Source: Chitinophaga solisilvae
GTDB taxonomy: Bacteria; Bacteroidota; Bacteroidia; Chitinophagales; Chitinophagaceae
Length of the DNA stretch: 32,000 nucleotides
Reading direction: 5' to 3'
Assembly: GCF_009928525.1 (NCBI RefSeq)
Contig: NZ_JAABOK010000011.1
Coordinates: 228,400-260,399, forward strand
Below, piece by piece: positions 8,995-16,215 of this stretch. The translations under genes and the position numbers were made by a program. Position 1 is the first letter of the stretch, and each line of letters begins with the position of its first letter. The notes beneath the pieces were generated by a model, which saw nothing but the letters and a program-made list of their open reading frames with translations, was not told the DNA's origin and did not search any database.

Positions 8995-10401
8995 TTACTT
9001 TTTTTCTTCATTCGCTGCATACCATTCTGCAAAAGATTGTTTCGGCGGTGCAGGCATATCACGTTGTTTGTACCAGGGGTTCAGGCGGTTGTTCACCATG
9101 CCCGGAAAGGCGCGCATCACCCAGCGTCCCATCTTCCCCGCTCTTTTAAAGGTACCGGGCTTTGATAACACAGCGCTCATCATCTTCATCCCTGCAGTTT
9201 TCCCCGCAGTGGTATGCCCTTCCTTCACCAATACCTGCCGCCATTTATACAACTGCTGATGTATATCTATTTTCACCGGACAAACATTAGAGCAGGAGCC
9301 ACACAGGGTAGAAGCAAAAGGCAGGTCTGCATAATCCTTCATATCCAGGTTGGGCGCCAGGATAGCGCCTATTGGTCCTGCTACCGCAGTATGGTAGCTA
9401 TGCCCGCCGCTGCGGCGGTATACCGGGCAGGTGTTCATACATGCCCCGCAACGGATACACTTCAGCGAGTTACGGAAATCTTCCCTGCCCAGCTGCCTGG
9501 AGCGGCCGTTATCTACCAGCACAATATGCAGTTCCTTACCGGGAACGGGCGTACGGAAATGACTGGAATAGGTGGTGATGGGCTGGCCGGTGGCGCTGCG
9601 CGCCAGCAGCCGCAAAAACACCCCGAGGTGTTTACGCTGCGGAATAATTTTTTCAATGCCCATACAGGCTATATGCACATCTGCCAGGTGCGCCCCCATA
9701 TCGGCATTGCCTTCATTGGTGCAAACCACCATCTCTCCCGTTTCCGCTACTGCGAAGTTCACACCGGTGATCGCAGCCCTGGATGCCAGGAATTCCTTAC
9801 GCAGGTGTGCACGTGCCGCCGCAGTCAGCAACTGCGGATCAGCATTGCCGGCGGGTGTTCCCAGGTGTTCATGAAACAGCTCCCCTATCTCTTCCTTCTT
9901 CTTATGTATACAGGGCAGCACAATATGGCTGGGCGGCTCATCTGCCAGCTGTACAATGCGTTCTCCCAGGTCGGTATCTATTACTTCAATGCCGTTGGCC
10001 TGCAGATGCGGGTTCAGGTGGCATTCTTCCGTGAGCATGGACTTACTCTTCACCATCCGTTTCACGCCATGCTGCTTCAGTATAGCGGTCACTATTTCAT
10101 TATGCTCGGCAGCATCCGCGGCCCAATGTATTATTGCGCCGTTCTGCCGTGCCTGTTGCTCGAACTGCAGCAGGTAGCCGTGCAGGTTACCCAGCACATT
10201 CAACTTGATCTGCGAGGCAGCTTCGCGTAACTGTTCCCATTCAGGAATGCTCCATGCCTGTTTGTCGCGCTTGGCTCTCACCCACCACAACGTTTCATCG
10301 TGCCAGTTGACACGTGGTTCATTTTCATTGAATTTATCCGCCAGCGTGGCGTGGTCAGCTGTTTGCCTGTTCATCTGTTGTCTGGTTGAGGATTTCTGCA
10401 A
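8995..10401 (-). CDS. lutB: Lactate utilisation iron-sulfur protein B (LutB/YkgF-like)
   Basis: 468-aa ORF with two ferredoxin-type clusters, CIRCGACMNTCPVY and CGSCSNVCPVKI, plus an N-terminal LUD-like region. The first ATG (10401) overlaps lutA by 47 nt. An alternative ATG at 10374 overlaps it by 20 nt. Confidence 0.88.
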   Translation of the reverse strand: MQKSSTRQQMNRQTADHATLADKFNENEPRVNWHDETLWWVRAKRDKQAWSIPEWEQLREAASQIKLNVLGNLHGYLLQFEQQARQNGAIIHWAADAAEHNEIVTAILKQHGVKRMVKSKSMLTEECHLNPHLQANGIEVIDTDLGERIVQLADEPPSHIVLPCIHKKKEEIGELFHEHLGTPAGNADPQLLTAAARAHLRKEFLASRAAITGVNFAVAETGEMVVCTNEGNADMGAHLADVHIACMGIEKIIPQRKHLGVFLRLLARSATGQPITTYSSHFRTPVPGKELHIVLVDNGRSRQLGREDFRNSLKCIRCGACMNTCPVYRRSGGHSYHTAVAGPIGAILAPNLDMKDYADLPFASTLCGSCSNVCPVKIDIHQQLYKWRQVLVKEGHTTAGKTAGMKMMSAVLSKPGTFKRAGKMGRWVMRAFPGMVNNRLNPWYKQRDMPAPPKQSFAEWYAANEEKK

Positions 10402-11110
10402 TATGCATCACTTTCACCGGCTGATGCCCGCGGCGTAAGATACCTTCCAGGTGCATCAGGCAGCTCACATCCGTACCGGTAATCACGGTAGCGCCATGTT
10501 TAACGTGATCGGCTACACGGTCTTTTCCCATCTTGACAGACACGGCCTCTTCTGTTACACAGAAAGTACCTCCGAATCCGCAGCACTCATCTTTGCGGTC
10601 CAGCTCTACCAGCTCTACTCCATCCACCATCTGCAGCAGCTGTAAAGGTTTGGAGAAAGGCGCTGCCACCAGCTCGCTCATCTGCGCCAGCCCGAGGCCG
10701 CGCTGCCCGTGGCAGCTCTGATGCAGGCCTACCTTACAGGGAAACCGTGCAGGCAACGACGTTACCTTCAGCACATCCGTTAAGAATTCCGTCAGTTCGT
10801 ATATCCGTGATCGTATGCCGGCCGCTGCCGGCTCCTGCTCCGCATCATGCAGGTGCTCCCTGATATGCAGCACGCAGCTGCCCGAAGGCCCCACTATATA
10901 ATCATATCCGGCAAAATGCTCAATAAACAGGCTGTTGCACTGATGCGTCAGATGCTCATAACCGCTGTTCGCCATCGGCTGTCCGCAACAGGTCTGTCCC
11001 TGCGGATACTCCACTTCACATCCCAGCTTCCGTAAAAGCTGCAACGTGGCAATACCCACCTGCGGATAAAACTGGTCTATGTAACACGGTATAAATAATC
11101 CTACTTTCAC
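10355..11110 (-). CDS. lutA: Lactate utilisation protein A ((Fe-S)-binding CCG-domain oxidoreductase, LutA/YkgE-like)
   Basis: 251-aa ORF with two cysteine-rich CCG motifs (QTCCGQPMANSG and DECCGFGGTF). It is the first gene of the lutABC order. Confidence 0.88.
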   Translation of the reverse strand: MKVGLFIPCYIDQFYPQVGIATLQLLRKLGCEVEYPQGQTCCGQPMANSGYEHLTHQCNSLFIEHFAGYDYIVGPSGSCVLHIREHLHDAEQEPAAAGIRSRIYELTEFLTDVLKVTSLPARFPCKVGLHQSCHGQRGLGLAQMSELVAAPFSKPLQLLQMVDGVELVELDRKDECCGFGGTFCVTEEAVSVKMGKDRVADHVKHGATVITGTDVSCLMHLEGILRRGHQPVKVMHIAEILNQTTDEQANS

Positions 11111-11137
11111 GGATACAATAGTTTAAATGATCACCTG

Positions 11138-11145
11138 CAAATTTA
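11138..11145 (-). promoter_or_regulatory. Candidate Bacteroidota -7 promoter box (TAAATTTG) for lutABC
   Basis: The minus strand reads TAAATTTG, matching the TAnnTTTG consensus, 28-35 nt upstream of the lutA ATG (11110). I saw no convincing -33 TTTG. Confidence 0.3.
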
Positions 11146-11198
11146 GCGGTGAAGGCAGGAGGATTCCTTCCTGTTTTTTACCGCTTACTAACTTATTT

Positions 11199-11330
11199 TT
11201 AATAATTATGAATTAAGAATTATGAATTATGAGTTAAAGGGAGAAGATCCAAGCGAATAATAGAATAGTTATTCGCTTGGATCTTCTCCCTTTAACTCAT
11301 AATTCATAATTATTAATTCATAATTATTAA
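11199..11330. repeat. Long hairpin repeat element 1 (62-nt arms, 8-nt loop)
   Basis: 11199-11260 is the reverse complement of 11269-11330 with one mismatch (61/62). The loop is TAGAATAG. The outer arms are 7-nt tandem units (ATGAATT/AAGAATT/ATGAGTT). The right arm ends exactly at the stop codon (11331-11333) of the lipoprotein gene. 11211-11242 is 30/32 identical to 25596-25627 in element 3. Confidence 0.9.
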
Positions 11331-11921
11331 TTACAATTGGGTCTTAATAGTCACCTGCACCCTTTCCGCATTGATAGCGGTAACTTTCATCACCCCGAAT
11401 TTGCCGGCGGCATTTTTGAACAGTACCAGTCCCTTGTAGGTCATGGGGAAGCTGCCGTTGTCGGCGGCAGTAAACAGGTTATTCAGGGCAGCTACGTGCG
11501 ACAGCGTATCAAATTTAGCAGGATCCAGCTCGTTCGCCGAAGGATAGTTCCGGAACAGGGTGGTGGTGGCGCCGGTAATCTTTACCGTAAGGTTTTTGTT
11601 GTCAGGGCTGCTGAAGAAGAGCATCGCCGGATCCACATCTGCAAATACCAGGTCTATCTTGCTGCCGTCAGCAGGCAGGTTTTTGCGGAGATATACCTTT
11701 CCTTCCTTCGTGGAAAAGGCTACTCCATATTTATCCTTGTCAGGGGAGATGTCAAATTCAATGTCTTTGTAAACTGCCAGCGTATCCTTTTTGGTCACGC
11801 CAGGTACAGGTGTATTGTTATCCGGGTTACCACTGCCGGTATTGGTATCATCTTTTTTGGAACACGCAGTAATGACAGCGGCCAGCATAGCTGCGCCAAT
11901 AAACAGTTTCTTCATAGGCAT
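11331..11921 (-). CDS. Hypothetical lipoprotein (no family recognised)
   Basis: 196-aa ORF with signal peptide plus lipobox MPMKKLFIGAAMLAAVITAC|SKKDD, followed by a Thr/Asn/Pro-rich linker and a beta-rich body. Its composition looks like real coding sequence. Confidence 0.7.
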   Translation of the reverse strand: MPMKKLFIGAAMLAAVITACSKKDDTNTGSGNPDNNTPVPGVTKKDTLAVYKDIEFDISPDKDKYGVAFSTKEGKVYLRKNLPADGSKIDLVFADVDPAMLFFSSPDNKNLTVKITGATTTLFRNYPSANELDPAKFDTLSHVAALNNLFTAADNGSFPMTYKGLVLFKNAAGKFGVMKVTAINAERVQVTIKTQL

Positions 11922-11942
11922 TTGGATTATGGTAAGACGCTA

Positions 11943-11950
11943 CAAATATA
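11943..11950 (-). promoter_or_regulatory. Candidate -7 promoter box (TATATTTG) for the lipoprotein gene
   Basis: The minus strand reads TATATTTG (TAnnTTTG consensus), 22-29 nt upstream of the ATG at 11921. It lies between hairpin element 2 and the gene. Confidence 0.35.
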
Positions 11951-11988
11951 TGGTTATTTTATTATTTGATTATTTGAGATTTGATTAA

Positions 11989-12108
11989 CATTTACGGATT
12001 TTGGAATTTTGGAATTTTGAGATTTTGAAAATGCAGCGAAGACCATTGTGTAAATATTTGCTGCATTTTTAAAATCTCAAAATTCCAAAATTCCAAAATC
12101 CGTAAATG
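11989..12108. repeat. Long hairpin repeat element 2 (48-nt arms, 24-nt loop)
   Basis: 11989-12036 is the reverse complement of 12061-12108 with one mismatch (47/48). The arms are 8-nt tandem units (GGAATTTT GGAATTTT GAGATTTT GAAAAT). The right arm ends 1 nt before the stop codon (12110-12112) of the LLM oxidoreductase gene. The core 12017-12042 matches 16021-16044 (24 identical positions, two 1-nt gaps). Confidence 0.9.
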
Positions 12109-12109
12109 A

Positions 12110-13108
12110 TTATCTGATGCCGAAGCTCTGCGCCAGCAGTTCGTAGGAACGGAGGCGGTCTGCATGATCGGGGGTGATGGTGGCGATGACCAGTTCATCC
12201 ACGTCGTAGGCGGCGGCGAGCTGCTCCAGCTGCGCTTTTACCTGGGTGGGCGTACCGGCTACCATACGGCCGCGGTTGGCCTGGATACGTTGCTGCTCTT
12301 CCGGTGTGTAGGTGATATCCTTCACATCGGCGTAGTCGATGTTGAGGTCATAGCGACCTTTTTCAAAGCTAAGCAGGCGATAATCCATAACGGCCTGGAG
12401 TTGTGCAGCCTTTTCTTCGGTGTCGGCGCAGAACACGAATATGCCTACGCTGGCCTGGGGTGCGGATAGCCAGGCGGAAGGCTTAAACTGTTTGCGGTAG
12501 TTGCTCACCGCCTGAGGGCCGCCAACCGGGTAAATGAAGTGGGCGAAAGAAAGGGCCATCCCGAAGTGGGCAGCCAGCAGGCCGCTTTCCCCGCTGGAGG
12601 TAAGTATCCAGAGGTCGGGGGTGGTAGGAATAGAAGGAATGGCTCTCACCTTTTCCTGCATGGAGCCGGGTGCGGCTGTGTCGGTGAGCCATGCTTGCAG
12701 ATCTACGAGCTGCTGTACAAATTCTTTCGGATCGAAGGTGTTGGAAGGGTTCAGCAAATGCGCCGTTACGCGGTCGCCGCCAGGGGCGCGGCCTATACCA
12801 AGGTCTATCCTGCCGGGATACATGGCTTCCAGCAGCCGGAAGTTCTCCGCTACTTTCAGGGCACTGTGATTGGGCAGCATGACACCGCCCGATCCCAGCC
12901 GGATGCGTTCCGTGACGCCGGCCAGCCTGGCAATTAATATTTCCGGTGAAGCGCCGGCCAGGCTTTTTGTATTATGATGTTCCGATAACCAATAGCGTGT
13001 ATAACCCAGCTTGTCAGCCAGTTTCGCCAATTCCACGCTTTCGTGCAACGCTTCGGTGGCGTTGCTGCCTTTTCTGATGGGCGACTGATCCAGTACACTA
13101 AGTTTCAT
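12110..13108 (-). CDS. LLM-class (luciferase-like) flavin-dependent oxidoreductase
   Basis: 332-aa ORF. The N-terminus MKLSVLDQSPI...LGYTRYWLSEHHN and GRIDLGIGRAPGGD are typical of the YhbW/MsnO8-type luciferase-like monooxygenase family. Confidence 0.88.
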   Translation of the reverse strand: MKLSVLDQSPIRKGSNATEALHESVELAKLADKLGYTRYWLSEHHNTKSLAGASPEILIARLAGVTERIRLGSGGVMLPNHSALKVAENFRLLEAMYPGRIDLGIGRAPGGDRVTAHLLNPSNTFDPKEFVQQLVDLQAWLTDTAAPGSMQEKVRAIPSIPTTPDLWILTSSGESGLLAAHFGMALSFAHFIYPVGGPQAVSNYRKQFKPSAWLSAPQASVGIFVFCADTEEKAAQLQAVMDYRLLSFEKGRYDLNIDYADVKDITYTPEEQQRIQANRGRMVAGTPTQVKAQLEQLAAAYDVDELVIATITPDHADRLRSYELLAQSFGIR

Positions 13109-13186
13109 CTTGTTGTTCTTTTATATGATCTGAATGTATCTTGTCTGTGCTGTATGTCGTACTGGTAGCTGCCGTTTCCTGTTACG

Positions 13187-15424
13187 TTAATCCCGCATGA
13201 TTTCCTCCTCCTGCTGTTTTTTCAGATACCATTGTACTGCGCGTATTTCCGCAAAGCTGATGGCGGGTCCTACCCTTTCTTTGATAGGTCCTGTGGCGGT
13301 GGCGCCCAGTTCCTTTATGTGTGAGATAATCAGCTTTACATTGGATTCGCTGACGAAGCGGTGCAGGTCCAGCTCTCCGGCCTCCACGCATTGGGCCAGG
13401 TGGCTCTCAATGGTGCTGACGGCCAGCTGCCGCGCTACCGCGATATCCGGAATGGATTTACCTCCCAGGTACAGCTCCAGTGTGCCGCGGCGGCTGCTGC
13501 CTTTTTCCACCTTGCCTTTGGCCGGTGGTTTTACCGCCGGTACTTTTTCACCGGTGGTGGTAGCTTCTTCTTCCCGCAGCTGTAAATAATCTTTCAGTCC
13601 CTGTGTGAAATTCAGGTCCGCATAGGATACCTCCCATATCTGCCGCAGCTTATGCCAGCAGTCACTTTCCAGCCCCATCAGCTGCAGCAGGTATTTCTTC
13701 GATCTCGCCTTTCTGACGGTTTCGATATGTGCCTTCAGCGGCTTGATGAGATCTTCGTATATGCTTTGGGTGAAGTAGCCAATGGCTTTATTGACGCGCG
13801 CTTCCAGCTGTTCCGTTTCGCCGGTCTGCACCACGGTGTCCAGCAGCTGATGCAGCTGCACCACAAATTTGTTGGCTACTTCCTGCTGTTGTTCTGTTTT
13901 GCTGCTCAGATGCCGGCTCAGCTGAATAGACGCATCGAAGTCGGGCACTTTTTTATCCTGTATCCAGACACCATGACTCCTCATGGTAGCCTGCATACGA
14001 TACCAGTCAAACAGCTGCAGCAGCGTGGTAGCCTGGAATTTTTTCCTTTCCATCTCCAGCAATACTACCAGTTCATTGGCCGCTACTTCCTTCTCTGCAA
14101 ATTCAATCACCTGCCGGTCTGTTCTGATGCTGCCGTGGCTGATGCGTGAATGTAATACCAGTCCTTCGAGGGACGTGCAGCGGCTCAGCGCCACATATAC
14201 CTGTCCGGGTGCAAAGGCATATCCTGCATCAATGATGGCACGCTCAAAAGTAAGCCCCTGGCTCTTATGAATAGTGATAGCCCAGGCAAGCCGGATCGGA
14301 AACTGTGTAAAGCTGCCGATCTCTTCTTCTTCAATACTATTTTCTTCCTGGTTATAGGAATAGCGGATGTTACGCCAGGTTTCCTTTTCGAGTTTCAGCT
14401 CTTCATGGGATCCTGATAATACCAGCGTAATTTCCGTATCGTTGATTTCCTTTACGGTAGCGATTTTCCCGTTATAGTAGCGGCGGGGCTGGGCCAGGTC
14501 GTTTTTGAGAAACATGACCTGCGCTCCTATTTTCAGTTGCAGCACCAGCTCTGTGGGCAATGCCTTATCGCTGAAATCACCTTCTATCCTGCCTTCGAAG
14601 CGATATAGCTTTCCGGGCATATCTGCCAGGCGGCGGGTATTGATTTCATCCGCCTTGCGGTTATGGGTGGAAAGCACGATATATTCTCCGTCTTCTCCCT
14701 TGAAATCCGGTCTGTACAAGCTGTTCAGCGTAGTCAGGTCATCCTGCAGCACTTCACTGTTCCGCACGCGGTTGAGAATATCGATGAAGGTCTGTTCATT
14801 CTGCCGGTAGATCTTCTTCAGTTCAATATATAAAGGCGGCGCCTGGTCAATCACTTTGGCATCGAAGAAGAAGGAGCTGTTATAATATTCGGAGAGGAGC
14901 TGCCATTCGGCATCCGGCACTACGGGCGGCAACTGGTAAAGATCCCCGATGAACAGTACCTGTACGCCGCCGAAAGGCAACAGGGGCTTGTTCCGGAAGT
15001 GACGGAGGATGGTATCGATAGCATCGAGCATATCGCAGCGCACCATACTCACCTCATCAATAATCAGTAGTTCCATTTCCTGCAACAGCGCTTTCTTATC
15101 GTTGGTAAAGCGGATATTGCGGAAGAGGCTGTGTTTGTCCGTACTGCTGATTTCATCCATCGCGAAGCCTCTTTTCGTACCCGGAACAAAGGGGCCGAAA
15201 GGAAGCTGAAAAAAAGAGTGCATGGTTACACCGCCTGCGTTGATAGCGGCAACACCGGTGGGCGCTACTACTACCGTATTCTTTTTTGTATGTTCTTTGA
15301 TATACTTCAGGAACGTAGTTTTCCCTGTACCGGCTTTCCCGGTAAGGAATATATGGCGGTGTGTGTGGTTAATGAAATCTGCCGCCAGGTGAAAGATGGT
15401 ATTCGTATTATCCGGTTGGGGCAT
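13187..15424 (-). CDS. PIF1/RecD-like SF1B helicase with C-terminal helix-turn-helix domain
   Basis: 745-aa ORF with Walker A LTGKAGTGKTTFL, Walker B LLIIDEVSMV, FIGDLYQLPPV, ITIHKSQGLTF and YVALSRCTSLEGLVL. The C-terminal ~90 aa are HTH-like (IPDIAVARQLAVSTIESHL). Confidence 0.88.
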   Translation of the reverse strand: MPQPDNTNTIFHLAADFINHTHRHIFLTGKAGTGKTTFLKYIKEHTKKNTVVVAPTGVAAINAGGVTMHSFFQLPFGPFVPGTKRGFAMDEISSTDKHSLFRNIRFTNDKKALLQEMELLIIDEVSMVRCDMLDAIDTILRHFRNKPLLPFGGVQVLFIGDLYQLPPVVPDAEWQLLSEYYNSSFFFDAKVIDQAPPLYIELKKIYRQNEQTFIDILNRVRNSEVLQDDLTTLNSLYRPDFKGEDGEYIVLSTHNRKADEINTRRLADMPGKLYRFEGRIEGDFSDKALPTELVLQLKIGAQVMFLKNDLAQPRRYYNGKIATVKEINDTEITLVLSGSHEELKLEKETWRNIRYSYNQEENSIEEEEIGSFTQFPIRLAWAITIHKSQGLTFERAIIDAGYAFAPGQVYVALSRCTSLEGLVLHSRISHGSIRTDRQVIEFAEKEVAANELVVLLEMERKKFQATTLLQLFDWYRMQATMRSHGVWIQDKKVPDFDASIQLSRHLSSKTEQQQEVANKFVVQLHQLLDTVVQTGETEQLEARVNKAIGYFTQSIYEDLIKPLKAHIETVRKARSKKYLLQLMGLESDCWHKLRQIWEVSYADLNFTQGLKDYLQLREEEATTTGEKVPAVKPPAKGKVEKGSSRRGTLELYLGGKSIPDIAVARQLAVSTIESHLAQCVEAGELDLHRFVSESNVKLIISHIKELGATATGPIKERVGPAISFAEIRAVQWYLKKQQEEEIMRD

Positions 15425-15537
15425 GATTATTTAAAAATTGAAACTGCGAAGATAGAAAAAAAGCCGATAGCTTCATAGGCGTTCGCAGTACGGGTTAACA
15501 ATATGTGCATTCCTTCATGAAGATAACGAAAGATGGC

Positions 15538-15569
15538 AAAAAAAAACTGCCCAAGCTAAGCTTGGGCAG
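15538..15569 (-). terminator. Intrinsic terminator of the cold-shock gene
   Basis: The 11-nt stem CTGCCCAAGCT (15547-15557) pairs with AGCTTGGGCAG (15559-15569). On the minus strand it is followed by a 9-nt U-run (A-run 15538-15546 on plus). It starts 28 nt downstream of the csp stop. Confidence 0.8.
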
Positions 15570-15596
15570 TTAATAACAAAACTATTATTCAATAAG

Positions 15597-15788
15597 TTAT
15601 GCCAGTCTTACGTTAACAGCATTCGGGCCTTTTCTGCCTTCTTCCACGTCGAATACTACGCGGTCATTTTCGCCGATGCTTTCTTTGATACCAGATACGT
15701 GAACAAAAATTTCTTGTCCAGTTCCTTCGATTTTAATGAATCCAAAACCTTTAGCTTCATTAAAAAATTTTACTACACCTGTTTGCAT
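15597..15788 (-). CDS. Cold-shock protein (CspA family, CSD)
   Basis: 63-aa ORF MQTGVVKFFNEAKGFGFIKIEG...IFVHVSGI with RNP1 (KGFGFI) and RNP2-like (IFVHVS) motifs. Confidence 0.95.
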   Translation of the reverse strand: MQTGVVKFFNEAKGFGFIKIEGTGQEIFVHVSGIKESIGENDRVVFDVEEGRKGPNAVNVRLA

Positions 15789-16008
15789 TTATTTAATATT
15801 TAATTGTGAACTTGTTCTCGCCAATTATTAGACAGGCGGCTACCTGGGCGACTAGAAGAAAAAATGTAAAATAAAAGCTGAGTGTAAAAGGAGATTACCA
15901 ACAGAATTGAAATACAATATTCTTAAGAAGCGCAACGAAGATAAGAGTTTTCCGGAATACGAACCAAACTTTTTTTACCGCAAGGCCCCATCCCGTTTGA
16001 TTATTTAA

Positions 16009-16184
16009 TTATTTTATTATTTGAGATTTTGAAATGAGCGAAGATTTTTTAGGTTCATTTACCCTATTCTAATATCAAATAATAAGATGATAAAATAAAT
16101 TTATATTTTACTGTTTGAAGTTTAACATAAAATGTACTTCTCTTTTGAATTCTTGCTTTGCCTTCAAATCTCAGATAATAAAAT
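16009..16184. repeat. Degenerate/open member of the hairpin repeat family (element 4)
   Basis: ATTTTATTATTTGAGATTTTGAA (16011-16033) is an imperfect inverted repeat of 16163-16184 (one mismatch, one 1-nt indel), with a ~130-nt centre. 16021-16044 matches the element-2 core. 16009-16024 is identical (16/16) to 11954-11969. Confidence 0.45.
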
Positions 16185-16215
16185 AAAAAAATAACTACAT
16201 ATTTTAGCGGGTTAT

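Noticed and set aside
9214-10230. 338-aa plus-strand ORF, with similar long antisense ORFs at 6211-6981, 11337-11969, 17709-18458 and 20904-21668.
   Set aside because: Each lies entirely antisense to an ORF with strong family motifs (LutB, CapD-like, lipoprotein, RpiA/aminotransferase, GH63). Their translations are Arg/Cys/His/Gln-rich with no recognisable motifs. These are typical shadow ORFs of GC-moderate coding DNA.
10355-10401. The 47-nt lutA/lutB overlap as a possible frameshift or pseudogene sign.
   Set aside because: Both ORFs are full length with intact motifs. An internal ATG at 10374 reduces the overlap to 20 nt. This is most simply a start-codon annotation ambiguity.
11156-11179. 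Plus-strand terminator-like hairpin CAGGAGG-ATTC-CTTCCTG followed by TTTTTT, between element 1 and the lutA promoter region.
   Set aside because: No plus-strand gene lies upstream of it (only antisense lutA). On the minus strand it lacks a U-tract. It could stop antisense transcription, but that cannot be supported from sequence alone.
12035-12042. The shared AGCGAAG(A) junction motif as an independent signal (it also recalls the very stable GCGAAGC DNA mini-hairpin).
   Set aside because: The hexamer GCGAAG is expected about 16 times by chance in 32 kb on both strands under uniform composition, and I did not count all occurrences. A related TGCGAAGA at 15445-15452 sits in only a weak 8-bp inverted repeat. 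The motif is meaningful only together with the conserved flanking context.
11199-12108. Whether the tandem 7-8-nt units in the hairpin elements (also 25541-25797) are a CRISPR array or a MITE.
   Set aside because: The units are far too short and contiguous for CRISPR: there are no 25-40-nt repeats, no spacers and no cas genes. I saw no clear target-site duplications and no transposase in the window, so a MITE call is unsupported. I report them as palindromic repeat elements only.
11992-12198. 68-aa minus ORF ending ...HFQNLKIPKFQNP, and the 65-aa plus ORF at 25417-25614 (..NYELRIANDSEDGNLIIKNYE).
   Set aside because: Both are read-throughs of hairpin repeat elements 2 and 3. The odd periodic peptides are just translations of the 7-8-nt tandem units.
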